A DNA stretch of 64,000 nt from Eledone cirrhosa (GCA_964016885.1 OZ024757.1:39866001-39930000); one strand, 5' to 3'. Positions 13,674-28,338 are shown, counted from the stretch's first letter. Numbers and translations: made by a program. The notes: generated by a model from the sequence alone, not told the origin.

Positions 13674-14530
13674 ACCAGTAATACACTGGGGTAATTGCTG
13701 ACCTTGTGCCTAAAGTAGAAACAATTATTATTATACCAGTAATACACTGGGGTAATTGCTGCCCTTGTGCCTAAAGTAGAAACAATTATTACTATACCAG
13801 TAATACACTGGGGTTATTGCTGGCCTTGTGCCTAAAGTAGAAACAATTATTATTATACCAGTAATACACTGGGGTAATTGCTGCCCTTGTGCCTAAAGTA
13901 GAAACAATTATTACTATACCAGTAATACACTGGGGTAATTGCTGGCCTTGTGCCTAAAGTAGAAACAATTATTATTATACCAGTAATACACTGGGGTAAT
14001 TGCTGACTTTGTGCCTAAAGTAGAAACAATTATTATTATACCAGTAATACACTGGGGTAATTGCTGGCCTTGTGGCTAAAGTAGAAACAATTATTGTTAT
14101 ACCAGTAATACACTGACCTTCTGCCAAAAGTAGAAACAATTATTATTATTATACCAGTGAGAGAAGCAAGAATGGCCCGAGTGAATGGGCCTACTCTGAG
14201 TATATATCTGTAAATTAAAGGTGGAAAACTGGGAGAGGGCACTTGCCTTGGTGGTCAGGGTCATTGTGGCTTTTTACTGGGCTTTCTCCACAAATGTCCC
14301 TCCGAAGTCTCCCCCCTATTGGGGAATTTTTCATTGTTATTTTTTGTTACATCCTCTGTTTTTGTTTTTTACACGCAGAAATGCCCATTTGTACCGTCCT
14401 GCATTGTCCTGCACTGTCCTTAATGTCTACTTTATGTAAACCCTTGTGGTTAATAAAGAAATCATTATACCAGTAATACACTGGGGTAATTGCTGGCCTT
14501 GTGCCTAAAGTAGAAACTATTATTACTATA
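13674..14530 (+). repeat. 61-bp tandem array derived from the SINE family A 3' tail, interrupted by a LINE fragment
   Basis: ACCAGTAATAC recurs at 13674, 13735, 13796, 13857, 13918, 13979, 14040, 14101 (deleted unit) and 14469. Confidence 0.92.
14159..14463 (+). mobile_element. 5'-truncated non-LTR retrotransposon 3' end (L1/Tx1-like) inserted in a SINE-tail array
   Basis: ORF end ..REARMARVNGPTLSIYL*, then a T-rich 3' UTR ending CCCTTGTGGTTAATAAAGAAATC. Flanked by ATTATACCAGT on both sides (14148-14158, 14464-14474). Clade assignment is inference. Confidence 0.6.
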
Positions 14531-14669
14531 TTTTCAAGTCTAGAGTGTTGATATTGAGTCTCACAGTACTGATTGCATCACAATTATTCATTTGCGACTA
14601 AATTATATAATTTATTATCACTAAATCAACTTTTATATAGCTTCATGTGATTTCCCCCACATTTGAACT

Positions 14670-15160
14670 ATATACACACACATCTCTCTCTCTCTACATA
14701 TATATATACACATATATATATATATATATATACACATATATATATACACACACATCTCGCTCTTTCTCTCTTTATATATATATATATATACACATATATA
14801 TATATACACACACATCTCGCTCTCTCTCTCTCTACATATATATATACACATATATATATATACACACACATCTCGCTCTCTCTCTCTCTCTATATATATA
14901 TACACATATATATACACACACATCTCTCTCTCTCCATATATATATATATATATATACACACATCTCGCTCTCTCTCTCTCTACACACATATATATACACA
15001 CATATATATATACACACACATCTCGCTCTCTCTACATATATATATACACATTATATATATACACACACCCATCTCGCTCTCTCTCTATATATATATATAC
15101 ACACATATATATATACACACACAGACACACACACATATATATATATATGCACAGATACAC
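14670..15160. repeat. Compound (TA)(CA)(TC) higher-order microsatellite
   Basis: Units of CACATCTCGCTCTCTC..TATATA..CACA repeated. Confidence 0.88.
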
Positions 15161-15320
15161 TGGTAGACCATTGCTTCGTATATTCCTATCATATTAATGA
15201 TTCTGCTAATAAATTTCTTAGTTAAATCGTCTCAGTTTTCAATTAATCTACCCAGATTTTTACTCACAACACCTTGTCTTCTATATATATTATATATATA
15301 TATATATATGCACACACACA

Positions 15321-15363
<43 letters not shown>

Positions 15364-15969
15364 TAATAGTTCAGATAATTTATCAGAAATCTATTTAACG
15401 AAAGGCGCTTCGTTGTCTGTGTAGAACACTTTCTGGAAAACGTTAAATATCAAAGCTAATTTGTCTGATATATATTAGACAAAAAAAAAAACCTCTTCAT
15501 TATGTCTGTCTCTCTTAAATTTAAGAGACATACTCGTTTGGTAACTGACTCCATCCGAGACATTTCCTAGAACATTAAGCAATTATATTAAACAAACACC
15601 ATTATTCAACCATTTTAAAATCATTAAAAAATCTGTTATATTAGCTTTTCAATTGTTTCACGAGATATCACTGTTTTCATCGCAACTTTGTAAACTGTGC
15701 ACTAAAACAATTTCATAGCAACGCTTTCTTAAATATAAATGTAACAGTTACAATTAAATACATTTATAATGTTATAACATTAAAACGTTCTAGTGTCTTT
15801 TTAATTATTCTTTAATATTTAGTGAGGGAGAGAAATGTAGTAGCCATAACTGAGATAACAAGATAAATAAGACAGGCAGGAGAAAGTGGGAAAAGGATGG
15901 ATATACTCTTGAACCGGACATCTGTTCTGACGCGAATGGCAGACACAGTGTGGTCATCCTTAAAAGTGA

Positions 15970-16105
15970 AGGCGCATGGTTTTGTGGTTAGATCATTGGA
16001 CTTGCAATCGAAAGGTTCAATTCTCGGACCAGGTGATGTGTTGTTTCCCTGAGCAAGACACTTTATTTCACGTTGCTCCAGTTTACTCAGCTGTAGAAAT
16101 GAGAT
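15970..16105 (+). mobile_element. SINE family B (CORE-like)
   Basis: GGCGCATGG..GTGGTTAGA..GGTTCAATTC..GAGCAAGACACTTTATTTCACGTTGCTCCAGTTTACTCAGCTGTAGAAATGAG. Confidence 0.75.
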
Positions 16106-17796
16106 GATAGGACTGGGGTCCCTATCATTAAAACACACAAGACACCTCCAACGAGATATACCTTGGAGGATGCCAGCTAAACCTGCATAGGTGTGAGCTG
16201 ACACACACACGCATCCCTAAAAGCATTTAAGGGCCAGGTATTAAATCGGGCGTTAAGTTATTGGTAACATTTTCCATGTAAGGGACATATAAAAAATGTC
16301 TAATTAGAAATAATTACACTTGGGGTAATACACCTCAGTGTCTAATATCATTTGGTAAAGTAAAGAATGGCGGCAAAGTCAACGTCGGATACAATGCTCT
16401 GTGTTATTTGTTAAGACTCTTTGTTTCTGAGTTCAAATCTAACCGTGGTCAACTTTTCCATTCATCCTTTCGAGGTCGATAAAACAATACCGGTCAAATA
16501 CAGGGTCGACTTTTCCTCTATAACTCTTTCTCACTTCCATTCTCTCTCTCTCTCTTATGTATATATCGTTTTCTAAAAGAAATCTACCGTATTCAGATCG
16601 AGAGAGGAGAGGGACGCTATCAGGTTTTAAATAAAATGCCCAAGAAACGCCGTATGTCAATGCGGCACCCCTACAACTCCAGTTGGAATTACAGGACTAT
16701 GTCACGCATAGACTCATACAAGGAGGAGAATTGGTAGGGTCATGTGTTCAGAGTCTACTGTGTCAAGATCTAGAAAGGAGACAGCCACCACTAGGTTTTA
16801 AACAAATATGCCTTAGAAACGCCGTATGTCAATGTGACGTCCCTATGACACCAATAGGAGTTATGGGACGATACAATACATACAAAGTACAGTAGATAAC
16901 CCTAGACATACTTTTTCTCTCTCATAATATCTACTCACACACAGTATAAATTCCAAAGTTTTTGCCACAATATGCATGAGAGAATTACTAAATTGAAGTA
17001 AAATATTCTATACGAATAGGCATAAAAAAATTAGCATATATTTTGTTTTTAATCACAAAGGTTAATTAAATTATTCTGTTAATTTAGACTCAGATTACTG
17101 ATTACGTTTGTGCAAACAAGCTGAAATATATTTGTATTTCTCCACACAAAGAATGTTGTTATCATGGCATTTGCAAGATGAAAACCTCTAAATAAATTGG
17201 TTATGCACAGTATCTTTGCAACCAATATTGTTTTCAGAGATATGGCTGTGCATTTCGTTTTCCATTTTTCTTTTCTCTTCAATCATTGACTCATTAATTT
17301 AGATCAACACATAAGATGATAAAAAGAGGAGTATGCTCTCATTGTTCAAATCATTTTATCCTTAGAAATGAGATGGGGAAAAAATAGAATTATTGACAAA
17401 TTCATTTGATGTCAGCCGCCGTAACACAGATTTTCTCTTTGTATCTTGCACGTGCTTCCACACACATTTTCTCCACTGAACTGAAACGTGTTGAACAAAA
17501 GGTCTTTAAACAGAGAATAATTGCTGCCCTTATAACATAAAGAACTTGTGACGGGGCCCTTGTCTCGGGTTAATAATATAAAAACTAGTCAAATATATTG
17601 GAAAATTATATCGACTACATTTTTTTCTTCCTTTTTTTAACACTTCAATATCTGAAGATGTCGTCCACACGTTATTCGTGAAGAGATAAGATATTTTTCC
17701 AGTATTTAAAACATGGTGTACCCCATATTTCACTAAAGTTGATCACATCCGACTTCTTCGATTTTATCTTCTTCTACTCATTATTATTATTAAATA

Positions 17797-18100
17797 CCGC
17801 CGAGGTTAACTTTGCCTTTCATCCTTACAGGGTCGATAAAATAAAGTACCAGTAATACACTGGATAATTGCTGGCCTTGTGCCAAAAGTAGAAACAATTA
17901 TTATTAAGGCGGTGGATTGGCAGTATCGCTAGAGAGTCGGACGCCATGCTTTGACGCATAGAGTTACTGCCCTTGCCATTCTGAGTTCTAATCCCGCCGA
18001 GGTTAACTTTGCCTTTCATCCTTACGGGGTCTATAAAATAAAGTACCAGTAATGCACTGGGTAATTGCTCGCCGTGTGCCAAAAAGTAGAAACAATTATT
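17797..18100 (+). mobile_element. SINE family A, partial plus full copy in tandem
   Basis: Same head, body and tail as 13220-13440. Confidence 0.85.
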
Positions 18101-18389
18101 AGAGAGAGAGAGAGAGAGAGAGAGACGTACGTAAAGTGTTTTCTAAAGAGTGAACTATACTAAAGTCACCCCAGGGACAGGTGGTGATATTAAATTTTGA
18201 TAAATATAGTCCTTCCCTTACATACACAAAAGAAAAAAAATGTGATCCGAACTAACCCAGCACTGCCGGGTTAGTTCGGATCTAGCTGTCGAAACGGCCG
18301 AAGCTCAGCCGTCGGGGTTCTGACTCTTTTCCTATATATATATATATGTGTGTGTGTGTGAAACACTATATATATATGTGAAACAATTG

Positions 18390-18466
<77 letters not shown>

Positions 18467-20005
18467 TATTTAATCTCACAGATATTTAATCTCACAGTGG
18501 TTAACGATCATTTTTGGCTAGCCAACCAACCAGTCAGCCATACATCCACAGAGAGTTGAGAATATTATCGATGTAGTTGGTTTCGAAGATCAAATAAACG
18601 GTATTGATTATTACTTTACTTTATATATTTCAAATATCAAAAGTCTTTTACACATCAATAGCAATATCTGAGGAATGCAACAATTGAAGATATCAATTAG
18701 AGTTAAACGCTTAGTACAACAGAGAACCAATAATCAGCATTATCTACAAATTTCACAAAGAATTTCAAAAGAATATATTCATAATTCATTGAAATCTATT
18801 ATTGCGTTTTGTTCTTTACTTTAGTTTCACAGACTTAGGATTGAAAGTAATGAGGCATAAACAAGAAACAACAGCAGAACGAGTAAAATTGTTGAACTTC
18901 TAAACTAAATAAATGTAATTTAAATTAAAACGGAGAACTGTTTAACAGATTGTTGAAACCAAAATTAAAGTATAGATTAAAGTAGAAACGATTCAAAGAT
19001 ATACTCAAAGTACTATTTGTCGTATATAAATTATCAGTTAGTCAGAGATATTAGAAATAAGTTTGAAACTAGAACAAAACAAGTAAAATATAGTTTATTT
19101 TACAAACGTTAAAATTAATGAAACAAAAGAATGTGAAAATCATCAACTATTGCGTCATAAATTATATGCTTCTCTAAGTTGAAATATTAAATTCATTCAA
19201 CTTTGTCTATTTAATGAAATTATGACGACGAAAAGCAGTGAAGAAGAAAGCTGAAGTCTGCACATACTGTGTCCACTGCGGCGTTCCGAGCTTGTTAAAA
19301 CAATTTAGGTAAATTTAAACTACAGAGATTCTTTAATTATTAAACGGTTTTAGTGATTTAAAAACATTGGAAAACTTCATAAGAGATTCCTCTCTCTCTC
19401 TCTCTATATATATATATATGAATGTATGCATAGTATATTTGGCAATATACCGTATGTTTAATTAAAACAATTTAGAAGACCATACGCTATCAGTTTTAAA
19501 GTAGTGACATAGTCACTTCTTTTCGGCAAAAGAAGGGAGAGAAGCTGACAGTCTATTTCACGCTGATTGACGTTCATCAGAGCCACGCACTCCCCTGCTT
19601 CAGCCGAAAATGATAGAAGTTGGATTCTTATAGAATTCCAGTAATATATATTTTTTTTTATTTTAAGAACAGATTAAAGTTTAAGCAAAGAATCGCTGCT
19701 TTCACTCTTAACGGGATGTTACGGGTTTATATATATAATTCTATCGATGTTGCTTGAAAGAACTGGAGAACTCATCGTCGAAAAAGACGAAGAACCATTA
19801 TCTCTCTAACGTGAAGACGAGTGGCGTAGTGGTTAGGTATCTAAGTTCACGAACGTAAAATCGTGTGATTGATTCACGCACCGTTGAAAATGACGAAGGT
19901 CCAATATGTACTAACACCATATATTTAGATAAACAGATAGACAGACTAATAAAAAGACATAAATACGAAGAGAAAAAAGAAAAAAAAAACAGTAAAGTTA
20001 CTTAC

Positions 20006-20176
20006 AGGGATTTCAGATTTTAGTCCCTTAATTGGAGAGTTACCAGTTCGCTTTTCCTCCATAACCCAATCCTGGGTCACCTCAGACACAAATGGGCGGA
20101 GGGAGTCAATCATGCGAACTGCTGTAATATTTGCACCTCCGTACTTAAATTCTTCTAAGTCGATGAGGGTTAGATC
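20006..20176 (-). CDS. GRIK2: Kainate-type glutamate receptor exon (171 nt; DLTLIDLEEFKYGGANITAVRMID...KGLKSEIP)
   Basis: Acceptor tttcag|, donor |gtaagt at 20000-20005, phase 0-0. DL..+D+E.++Y.G.N+T..R motif. Confidence 0.94.
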
Positions 20177-20206
20177 CTGAAATAAAGAAAAAATTGACGA
20201 TATACA

Positions 20207-20257
<51 letters not shown>

Positions 20258-20259
<2 letters not shown>

Positions 20260-20443
20260 CGAAGGAAATGTGGTAAGGAACCAGGTGGACCATAACGCAC
20301 CAAAGTACTCAATACTTGAGGTAGTAGAGTGGGTAATAGGAACAAGCATGACCCCGACAGCTGAGCTCAAGCCGTTTCGACGGCTAATTCTGAATTAGCC
20401 GTCGAAACGGCTTGAGCTCAGCTGTCGGGGTCTTACTGGTTCC
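20258..20443. mobile_element. Short (TA)n-inserted repeat family P (Penelope pLTR-like) with fold-back end; other copies 11813-11960, 18244-18333, 29045-29198, 39549-39598, 42538-42758, 50319-50467, 52617-52844, 56577-56652
   Basis: Shared core GTGGTAAGGAACCAGGTGGACCATAACGCACCAGAGTACTCGATACTTAGGGTAGTAGAGTGGGTAATAGGAAAAGAGTCAGGACCCCGACGGCTGAGCTC..CCGTTTCGAC. Every copy adjoins a TA run. The Penelope assignment is inference. Confidence 0.7.
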
Positions 20444-21457
20444 TATATATATATATATATATTAAATCAACTCCAGTGCATTTCTGGTGCTTTATTTTAT
20501 CGACCTGGTAAGGATGAAAGGCTGAGCTATCCTCGACCACATTTGAACACAGAATAATAACGAACCAACAACAGCAACAACAACAACAAATAATTATGAT
20601 AAAAAGATAAATACATAAGTCAAGGCTATGTTGAAATACCTGAAGCAAAATACGAAATCACGATCCATGATTTAAGAATTTTGATAACTTGACTGTCGGG
20701 TAAATATAAAATCTATCTCTAATAAATAGCAGCATTTTCTTTTTTTTTTTCTTTCAAAGAATGAGCTGTAATATTCAGAAATATTTAACCTACATTTATG
20801 TCTCTTCTTCAATAGTACATATAGTGAAGAGAATATCTCTTGCCAAAATACTGTAGCACCATCCTCGGTTTATCTGCCAAGAATAATGCCCAAGAAAATA
20901 AATTATATTATAGACTGTGTCTATAGTCTACATTTACTACGAAGCCACATGTAAAGAAGCTATTGAATTGTAAATTGTCTCCTAACACATGTGCGTGTGT
21001 GCGTGTGCGCGTGTGTGTGTATGTATGTACACACACACAAAAACATATATATATATGCATATATATATACATATATATATATTTACATAAATATACATAT
21101 ATATATATTTACATAAATATACATACATATATATATTTACATATATATATAAATATATTTACATATATATATTTACATATATATACATATATATGTATAT
21201 TTACATATATGTACATATATATGTATATTTACGTATATATATATTTAAATACATATATACATATATATGTATATTTACATATATATATATTTACATACAT
21301 ATATATACATATATATTTACATATCTATATATTCACATACATATATATACATATATATTTACATATCTATATATTCACACGCACACAGACATGTATGAAT
21401 ATATATATATATATTCATACATGTATATACATATATATGTATATTTACACGCACACA

Positions 21458-21505
<48 letters not shown>

Positions 21506-21520
21506 TGTGTGCGTGTAAAT

Positions 21521-21562
<42 letters not shown>

Positions 21563-21850
21563 TTTTCTTTTAGTTATTTTTACTACTTTATCCAAGACCA
21601 TATAAGAGATAAAAAGCCACTTGAACACCTTTCTCATTCATGGGAATTTGGCGCATGCGTAGTACTGCAATCGCTTCTATATAGTTACAAAGAGGGAATT
21701 CACACTTCACATTCATTCCTCGCAACCAAGTCATCGGCTGCAAAGTAATTTATCACCAAAGAATTCATCTCGCTTATTATTTGCGAAGTGACTTTGACAT
21801 ATCGATCACAATTAACAAAGAAATTCAAGAGGAGAAAAAAATAAAGATGA

Positions 21851-21887
<37 letters not shown>

Positions 21888-22110
21888 AGCATGTATGTAT
21901 ATACCTGCATTATTCGCACATGTATATAAAAGGTTTGTGTGTATTATTGTATGGTTATATGTGTAGAATACGTTTGCATGCATATGGCAATTTCTGAAAG
22001 AAGTTCTACTTGCTTAGCATCCCATATATATAAATATATAGGCACTTTGATTGATAGCTTTACGTGCGTGTACGTATATGCAAGTACAAATCTTTCTCTC
22101 TCCCTCTGTG

Positions 22111-22153
<43 letters not shown>

Positions 22154-22682
22154 GTGTGTGTGATAGTTCTTGCTTATTGATATACTGTTCGTAAATTAAT
22201 CATCGTGAGTAAAAAAAATCCGTTAATATATATATATATATATTCTTGCGTGTATATGTATTGCGTTATTCATGTATATCTTATAACTAAGACGATTCAC
22301 TCACATTATGATGCATGTGTTTGTGCGCATGCGTGTCTGTAGTCGTGAATGTATTACTAGCTTCTCATTGCTCATTCTGAAACGTTTGATTCGTCGTTAC
22401 GAGAGATATATGCCACAAGCTTGCAAATATGGCCGCACATAAATTGAACAATGTTCACTAAATCTCTCCTTATACAATGAGTCAGCATTATCGCAAATAA
22501 ACTACAACAGACGGGACGAGGAGGAGGAAGAAGAAGGAGAAGCAATAATAAAGAGCCAAATAATGCACTATATGTTAACTACAATATGATAACTTATTGA
22601 AAGAGATACGAGAAATGATAACATTCAGAGAGATAGATTAGAGAGATTAAATATGGGTATATATGTAGCCAGACATATTACA

Positions 22683-22729
<47 letters not shown>

Positions 22730-22845
22730 GATAGTTAGATAAAGATGAACGCATTTAATATTAATAAATATAGTGTTGGCCTCTAAACGAGGTTTTCTCA
22801 TACAATATTCAGTTATATGAAAAAAGCAGTAAATGTCTCCTTGAC

Positions 22846-23037
22846 TAATTGTTTCTACGTTTGGCACAAGGCCAGCAATAACCAAGTGCATTACTGGTAC
22901 TTTATTTTATCGACCCCCGTAAGGATGAAAGGCAAAGTTAACCTCGGCGGAATTTGAATTCAGATTGGAAAGGGCCGTAACTCTATGCATCAAAGCATGG
23001 CGTCCGACCCTCTACCGATACTGCCAATCCACCACCT
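22846..23037 (-). mobile_element. SINE family A, full copy
   Basis: Reverse complement aligns by eye along the full length of 17907-18100. Confidence 0.85.
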
Positions 23038-23970
23038 TTTGTTTCCTGGAATAATGAAAGACAATATATATATATTTATATTTATATATATATATATATA
23101 TAATTAAACATAAGAAAATTCTACAAGATGGGAAATACAAAGTTGTTTTAAGTGTGAACTATATGTAAATGAATAATGAGTCGAAGCCAGCGTTTCGTCT
23201 AATTAACTAATATTTCCCAAAGCGTTATATTGTTCTAACGATCATAAAAATATAATATCTCATATATTATTTTATTGGAATCCTAATGCTTGAATTAAAA
23301 GTACTATTCTCTTATTTTCTTTATGATTGAATACATGTGTGTGTATGTCTGTGTGTGAGAAAGTTTATCACAAGACATAAAAAACGCGACGCAATGCAAT
23401 GGAGAATCTTGTCGTACAAATGTGGTAGACTAATAAAGTATATAAAATAATATCTTGAATGCCCTTCGAACTAGTTTTAACCTGAGCAAAGTGTTTTGTT
23501 GAAGACCAACATAAAGTCATGTATACGAGTTTCCCCTCTCTCCATCCTACTGATGTTGTCGAAGGGAAAACATACAAAACAAAATTTAACAAAGGCCGAT
23601 ACAGTTTGGTACTTGTGATGTAGAAATTAGTCTTTGTTCTAGCTGTGTGAACTGAATTAACATGGAACAAAGTGTCTTGTTCAAAGAGATAAAGAAACAC
23701 TCGCTTGACGAATCCAACACACAACCTCATGAATGTGGACCGAACGTTCTAACCACTAAGCCAAGCGCCTACGTTGCAATAGTAACATACACAACTTTTA
23801 TCACAAATAAATTGACTAAAATTTCTCTCCAAAGTGAATTATATATGATGAACCATTTCGTTGGAAATATTCTCCTATTTTATATGCACGTGTGTGTGTG
23901 TATATACATATGTTTATATACGCATATATTTACATGCGTGATCGTCTCTCTCTCTATATATAATGCTTGT

Positions 23971-24010
<40 letters not shown>

Positions 24011-24694
24011 ACATGTGCACAGAAACAAAAAAACATACACACTCACACCGAAAAGAGGACAAGACAGAAATAAGGAGTTAGATAGATATAGAGATAAATA
24101 GTTAACTAAACAGACAGATCGACAGCCAAACTGGCAGACAGACAGACAGACAGACAGAGACAGACAGACACAGACAGACAGACAGACAAACAGACAAACA
24201 GACATACATACACAGACAGACAGACATACAGAGACAGACAGACAAACAGACTGACAGAGAGACAAACTGACAAACAGGCAGGCAAGAAGCCAAGACAACA
24301 TTCAACAACAACTGTGAGTCGAACAATCAATATTAATATTTGATGCGTTGCATGTTATTTTGTAAATGGTATATCTGAATATAACAAATATTATAACAAA
24401 AACAAAAATGGAAACCAAAATTAAACAAACTAAAAAAAATACAGAAACTGAAACTCATTTTCTCATAAGAAAACATTTTTTGAGAATTCTTTCTCATCAT
24501 TTTCCACACTGGTTCGTTTATCTTTTCATCTGTTTTGAGTAAACTTTAAACATGGAAGAATACTATATACTGACATACATATATGTTGCCTTAATTCTTT
24601 CATGTTTCGGTTTATCTCAGCCTCACCCATGTTCTCATATTGTCTCTTATTGTTTATTTTTTTGGTGTTTACTTCTCATGTACATGTATGTATG

Positions 24695-24733
<39 letters not shown>

Positions 24734-24878
24734 TTATGCATGAATTTGTAGGAATATATTGATATGTATTTACATATGTAGACATCTATGCATATATATA
24801 AATGCATATATATATATATAAATATATATATATAATATGTATATATGTATATATATATATTTAGAGAGAGAGAGAGAA

Positions 24879-24923
<45 letters not shown>

Positions 24924-25172
24924 CTTATGCATGTACATTTGCATATAAGCACGTAGATATGTATATGTGAATGTATGTATGTTTGTGTCTGTATAGATAT
25001 CTGTGTGTGTGTCTGTGTGTGTACATTAATCTATGCTTCAGTAAAGTATTTAAAATAAACCCATTTTACTTAGAAAAGATCGATGCGTCTGATTTCAGAG
25101 ATATCTGATCAACAATGTGTGGGCCCACGTCTCTATGCCCATGCACGCATGTATACTTTAACACACACACAC

Positions 25173-25205
<33 letters not shown>

Positions 25206-25218
25206 CATATATATATGC

Positions 25219-25249
<31 letters not shown>

Positions 25250-25262
25250 CATATATATATGC

Positions 25263-25297
<35 letters not shown>

Positions 25298-25310
25298 CAT
25301 ATATATATGC

Positions 25311-25369
<59 letters not shown>

Positions 25370-25716
25370 CATATATATATGCATATATATACATATATAT
25401 ATGTATATATATATATGTTTGTATGTATATATATATATGCATTCATATAATATTTACACAGACGCGCGGATTTACAGTCGCAAGCACACATGCATAGATG
25501 CATGTAAATTTATATATATTAGGCACATATTAGATATATATCTCTACATATATATGTATATATATATATATATGACAAGTAAGTATGTTTTGAAACATGA
25601 GCAGGTTTGAAATTAGAAAATAGAATAGCTTTCACCGTATTTTTTACTAAAGGAATGTTTTAGCCTGATAATGGGGTTTAGAACCCTCAGATAAATGGAA
25701 AAAGATGAGTATTGAC

Positions 25717-25775
<59 letters not shown>

Positions 25776-25833
25776 ATTTATGTAGATATGTATATGTATA
25801 TGATTGAAGCAAATTCTACATCTTACAAATATG

Positions 25834-25876
<43 letters not shown>

Positions 25877-26933
25877 ATTTGTTCATTCCATGAGTCTTTT
25901 TGGGCTCAACAAATGATCTTTTCAACCGATACCCGTATATCTCACTCCACATATTAAAGGTGGCTACAGAGTATGTATATATAGCTCCAAAACTCGTGTG
26001 GGAGTCATTGCGGCGCTTTTTAACATACGGCGTTTCTAGGACACATTCACACCTGGCAGAACCCATAACTTTTCGAGGTCTGCATACAATAGCTTTCTTC
26101 TATAGAATGATAGAATGAGTGAGAGCATGAGATATAGAGGGGGAATCGACCCCCAGTACTAGACTGGTACTTGTTTTTAAATCAACCTCAAATTGATGAA
26201 AAGCAACGTTGACCTCGACATGATTTGAGCTCAGAGATTAGAGAGCTGAAATGAATGACGCAACGCATTCTATTTGACGTTGTGACGACTCTACCTATTC
26301 TTTGGCTCACCTATACAGTAAATATATTGATATATATATCTTATTTACCTTTCTTTAGACCCCACCTTTCACATAACTGTCTTCATATTTATATTTATAT
26401 TTGTAGCCCCACATTTCAAATGTTTCCAGGTGAATACAAACTCACCGACACCACTGAATAACACACTATATATATACATATAGTATATTTACGAAGCAAC
26501 GAAGCACTAATCATGATTCCAAACTCTTAAAAACGCCCATTCCAGTTCATAATCTCATCATTTGTTGAAGTCTTGGAGCAACTAAATCGCCAGCACATCA
26601 CTGTCTAGACGTGGAGTTATATAAGCGGAATCTTACCTAATAAGTCTATGAATATATGACAATCTCTCTCTCTCAATATATATATATATATACATAAACA
26701 TATATATATATCAAAATGACTATAAATGCATATATACATACACACACATATATATATGAAAATGACTGCAAATTTATATATACATATATATATATACATA
26801 TACACATACGTACATATACACACACATACATATACATATACATACATATACATACATATACATATATATATATATATACATATACACATACATATATACA
26901 CATACATACATATACACATACATACATACCTTG

Positions 26934-26970
<37 letters not shown>

Positions 26971-27420
26971 TCTCATTACATCAAATACAACATGACAACA
27001 TCAAGTCTTGTTAACTATGTATAATTGTATTGGTTCACGTTATAAGAAGACATTATTTTTAAGTCTAGATTTAAAGCAGTTTGCTTGCAAAGTTACGTCT
27101 CCTTACGACTTTGGTCCACACCACTCTCGACATTTCATGTCAAATATTGTTTGTTTCCATTTATTCTCTTAAACAACTCTATGACAATCTGTGTAAAATA
27201 TTGTACAATTACTTAGTGATTATTTCGCCACTACTGCGGACAGTTCGCTGGTGTGTAAGTGATGTTGGTGAGTAAGGAATGGAGGAAGTATGTGAATAAC
27301 AGACCACTGTTTGACCATAACAACGCCTTAATATTTTTATAGATGGCAACCTAATACTAATAACCTATGTCTGAACGCACAAACAGCCGGATATAAATAC
27401 CAACCTACATACCTACCTAC

Positions 27421-28338
27421 TCAGACTCAGAAGCTCCCGCGTCTTGCGACGCATGAAGCAATCATAGTGTTCCACCGCGTTCGGTCAGCAGCCAGTTGCA
27501 CAGCGTCCCGCCATTGTCTGTTTGTCGCTCGCAGGTCCCTCTCAACTGTCTGGCCCCAGTTCATTTTGGGTCGCCCTCTCCGTCTGCTTCCCTGTGGGTT
27601 CCATTTAAGTACTTGGTTCGCCAGTCTCTCCGGGGGAAGTCTCAAAGCGTGCCCAAACCAGCCCAGGCGTCGCTTGCAGATGGCAGAAGAAACTAGCTGC
27701 TGGTTGGTGCGGTTCCTGACTTCCTGGTTTGTTACATGGTCTCTCCATTTAATCCCTTGGATCTTTCGCAGACACCTGGAATCGAATGCGTCCAACTTCT
27801 TCTCTTGGCTGGTCTTAAGGTGCCACGTTTCACTTCCGTACAAGAGTATGGACAGCACGTTGCTGTTGTAGAATCTCATCTTTGTTTTGAGGGTGAACTT
27901 CCTGCTCTTCCAGATCTTGACAAGCTGGTTAAATGCTGCTGAAGCCTTTACCATTCTACATTGCAATTCACTGTCCATGGCGCCCCCATTGTCAATGGAG
28001 CTTCCTAGGTAGGTGAAGTTGTCCACTATCTCCACCTACCCCTGTTCAATGAAAACATTAGTTGGTGATGAGTGTGTCCCAGATAACATGGTTTTGGTCT
28101 TCTTAGCACTGATATTGAGACCTAAGCTTCCTGCTTCGACATTGATATTGTTCATAATGATTTGCAGGTCAGCTGTGCTCTCTGCAAGTGCAACAATATC
28201 GTCCGCAAAGTCCAGGTCAGACAACTTTTGCTCTCCCACCCAAGATATACCCTGGTCTTTAGACGCTCTTCTTAGTACCCAGTCAATGGCTATGGCAAAG
28301 AGAATTGGAGAGAGCAAGCAACCATGACGCACACCAGT
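27421..28338 (-). mobile_element. 5'-truncated RTE-clade LINE (reverse transcriptase C-terminal half), one in-frame stop
   Basis: ORFs 28036-28344 and 27427-28035 share a frame separated only by TAG at 28036-28038. Motifs GVRHGCLLSP.LF, DLDFADD, FTYLGS, LLYGSETW, RRL.WFGH..R, G.RRRGRPK..W. Short TGAGTC-type repeat tail runs into (TAGG)n. Confidence 0.92.

Noticed and set aside
13674-14160. CRISPR-like regular array
   Set aside because: Units are contiguous 61-bp near-identical copies of a SINE tail with no unique spacers, there are no cas genes, and the context is a eukaryotic intron.
21640-21730. Internal promoter (GCGCATGCG motif plus TATA-like sequence)
   Set aside because: Short motifs are expected by chance in 64 kb, and no downstream ORF or exon was found.
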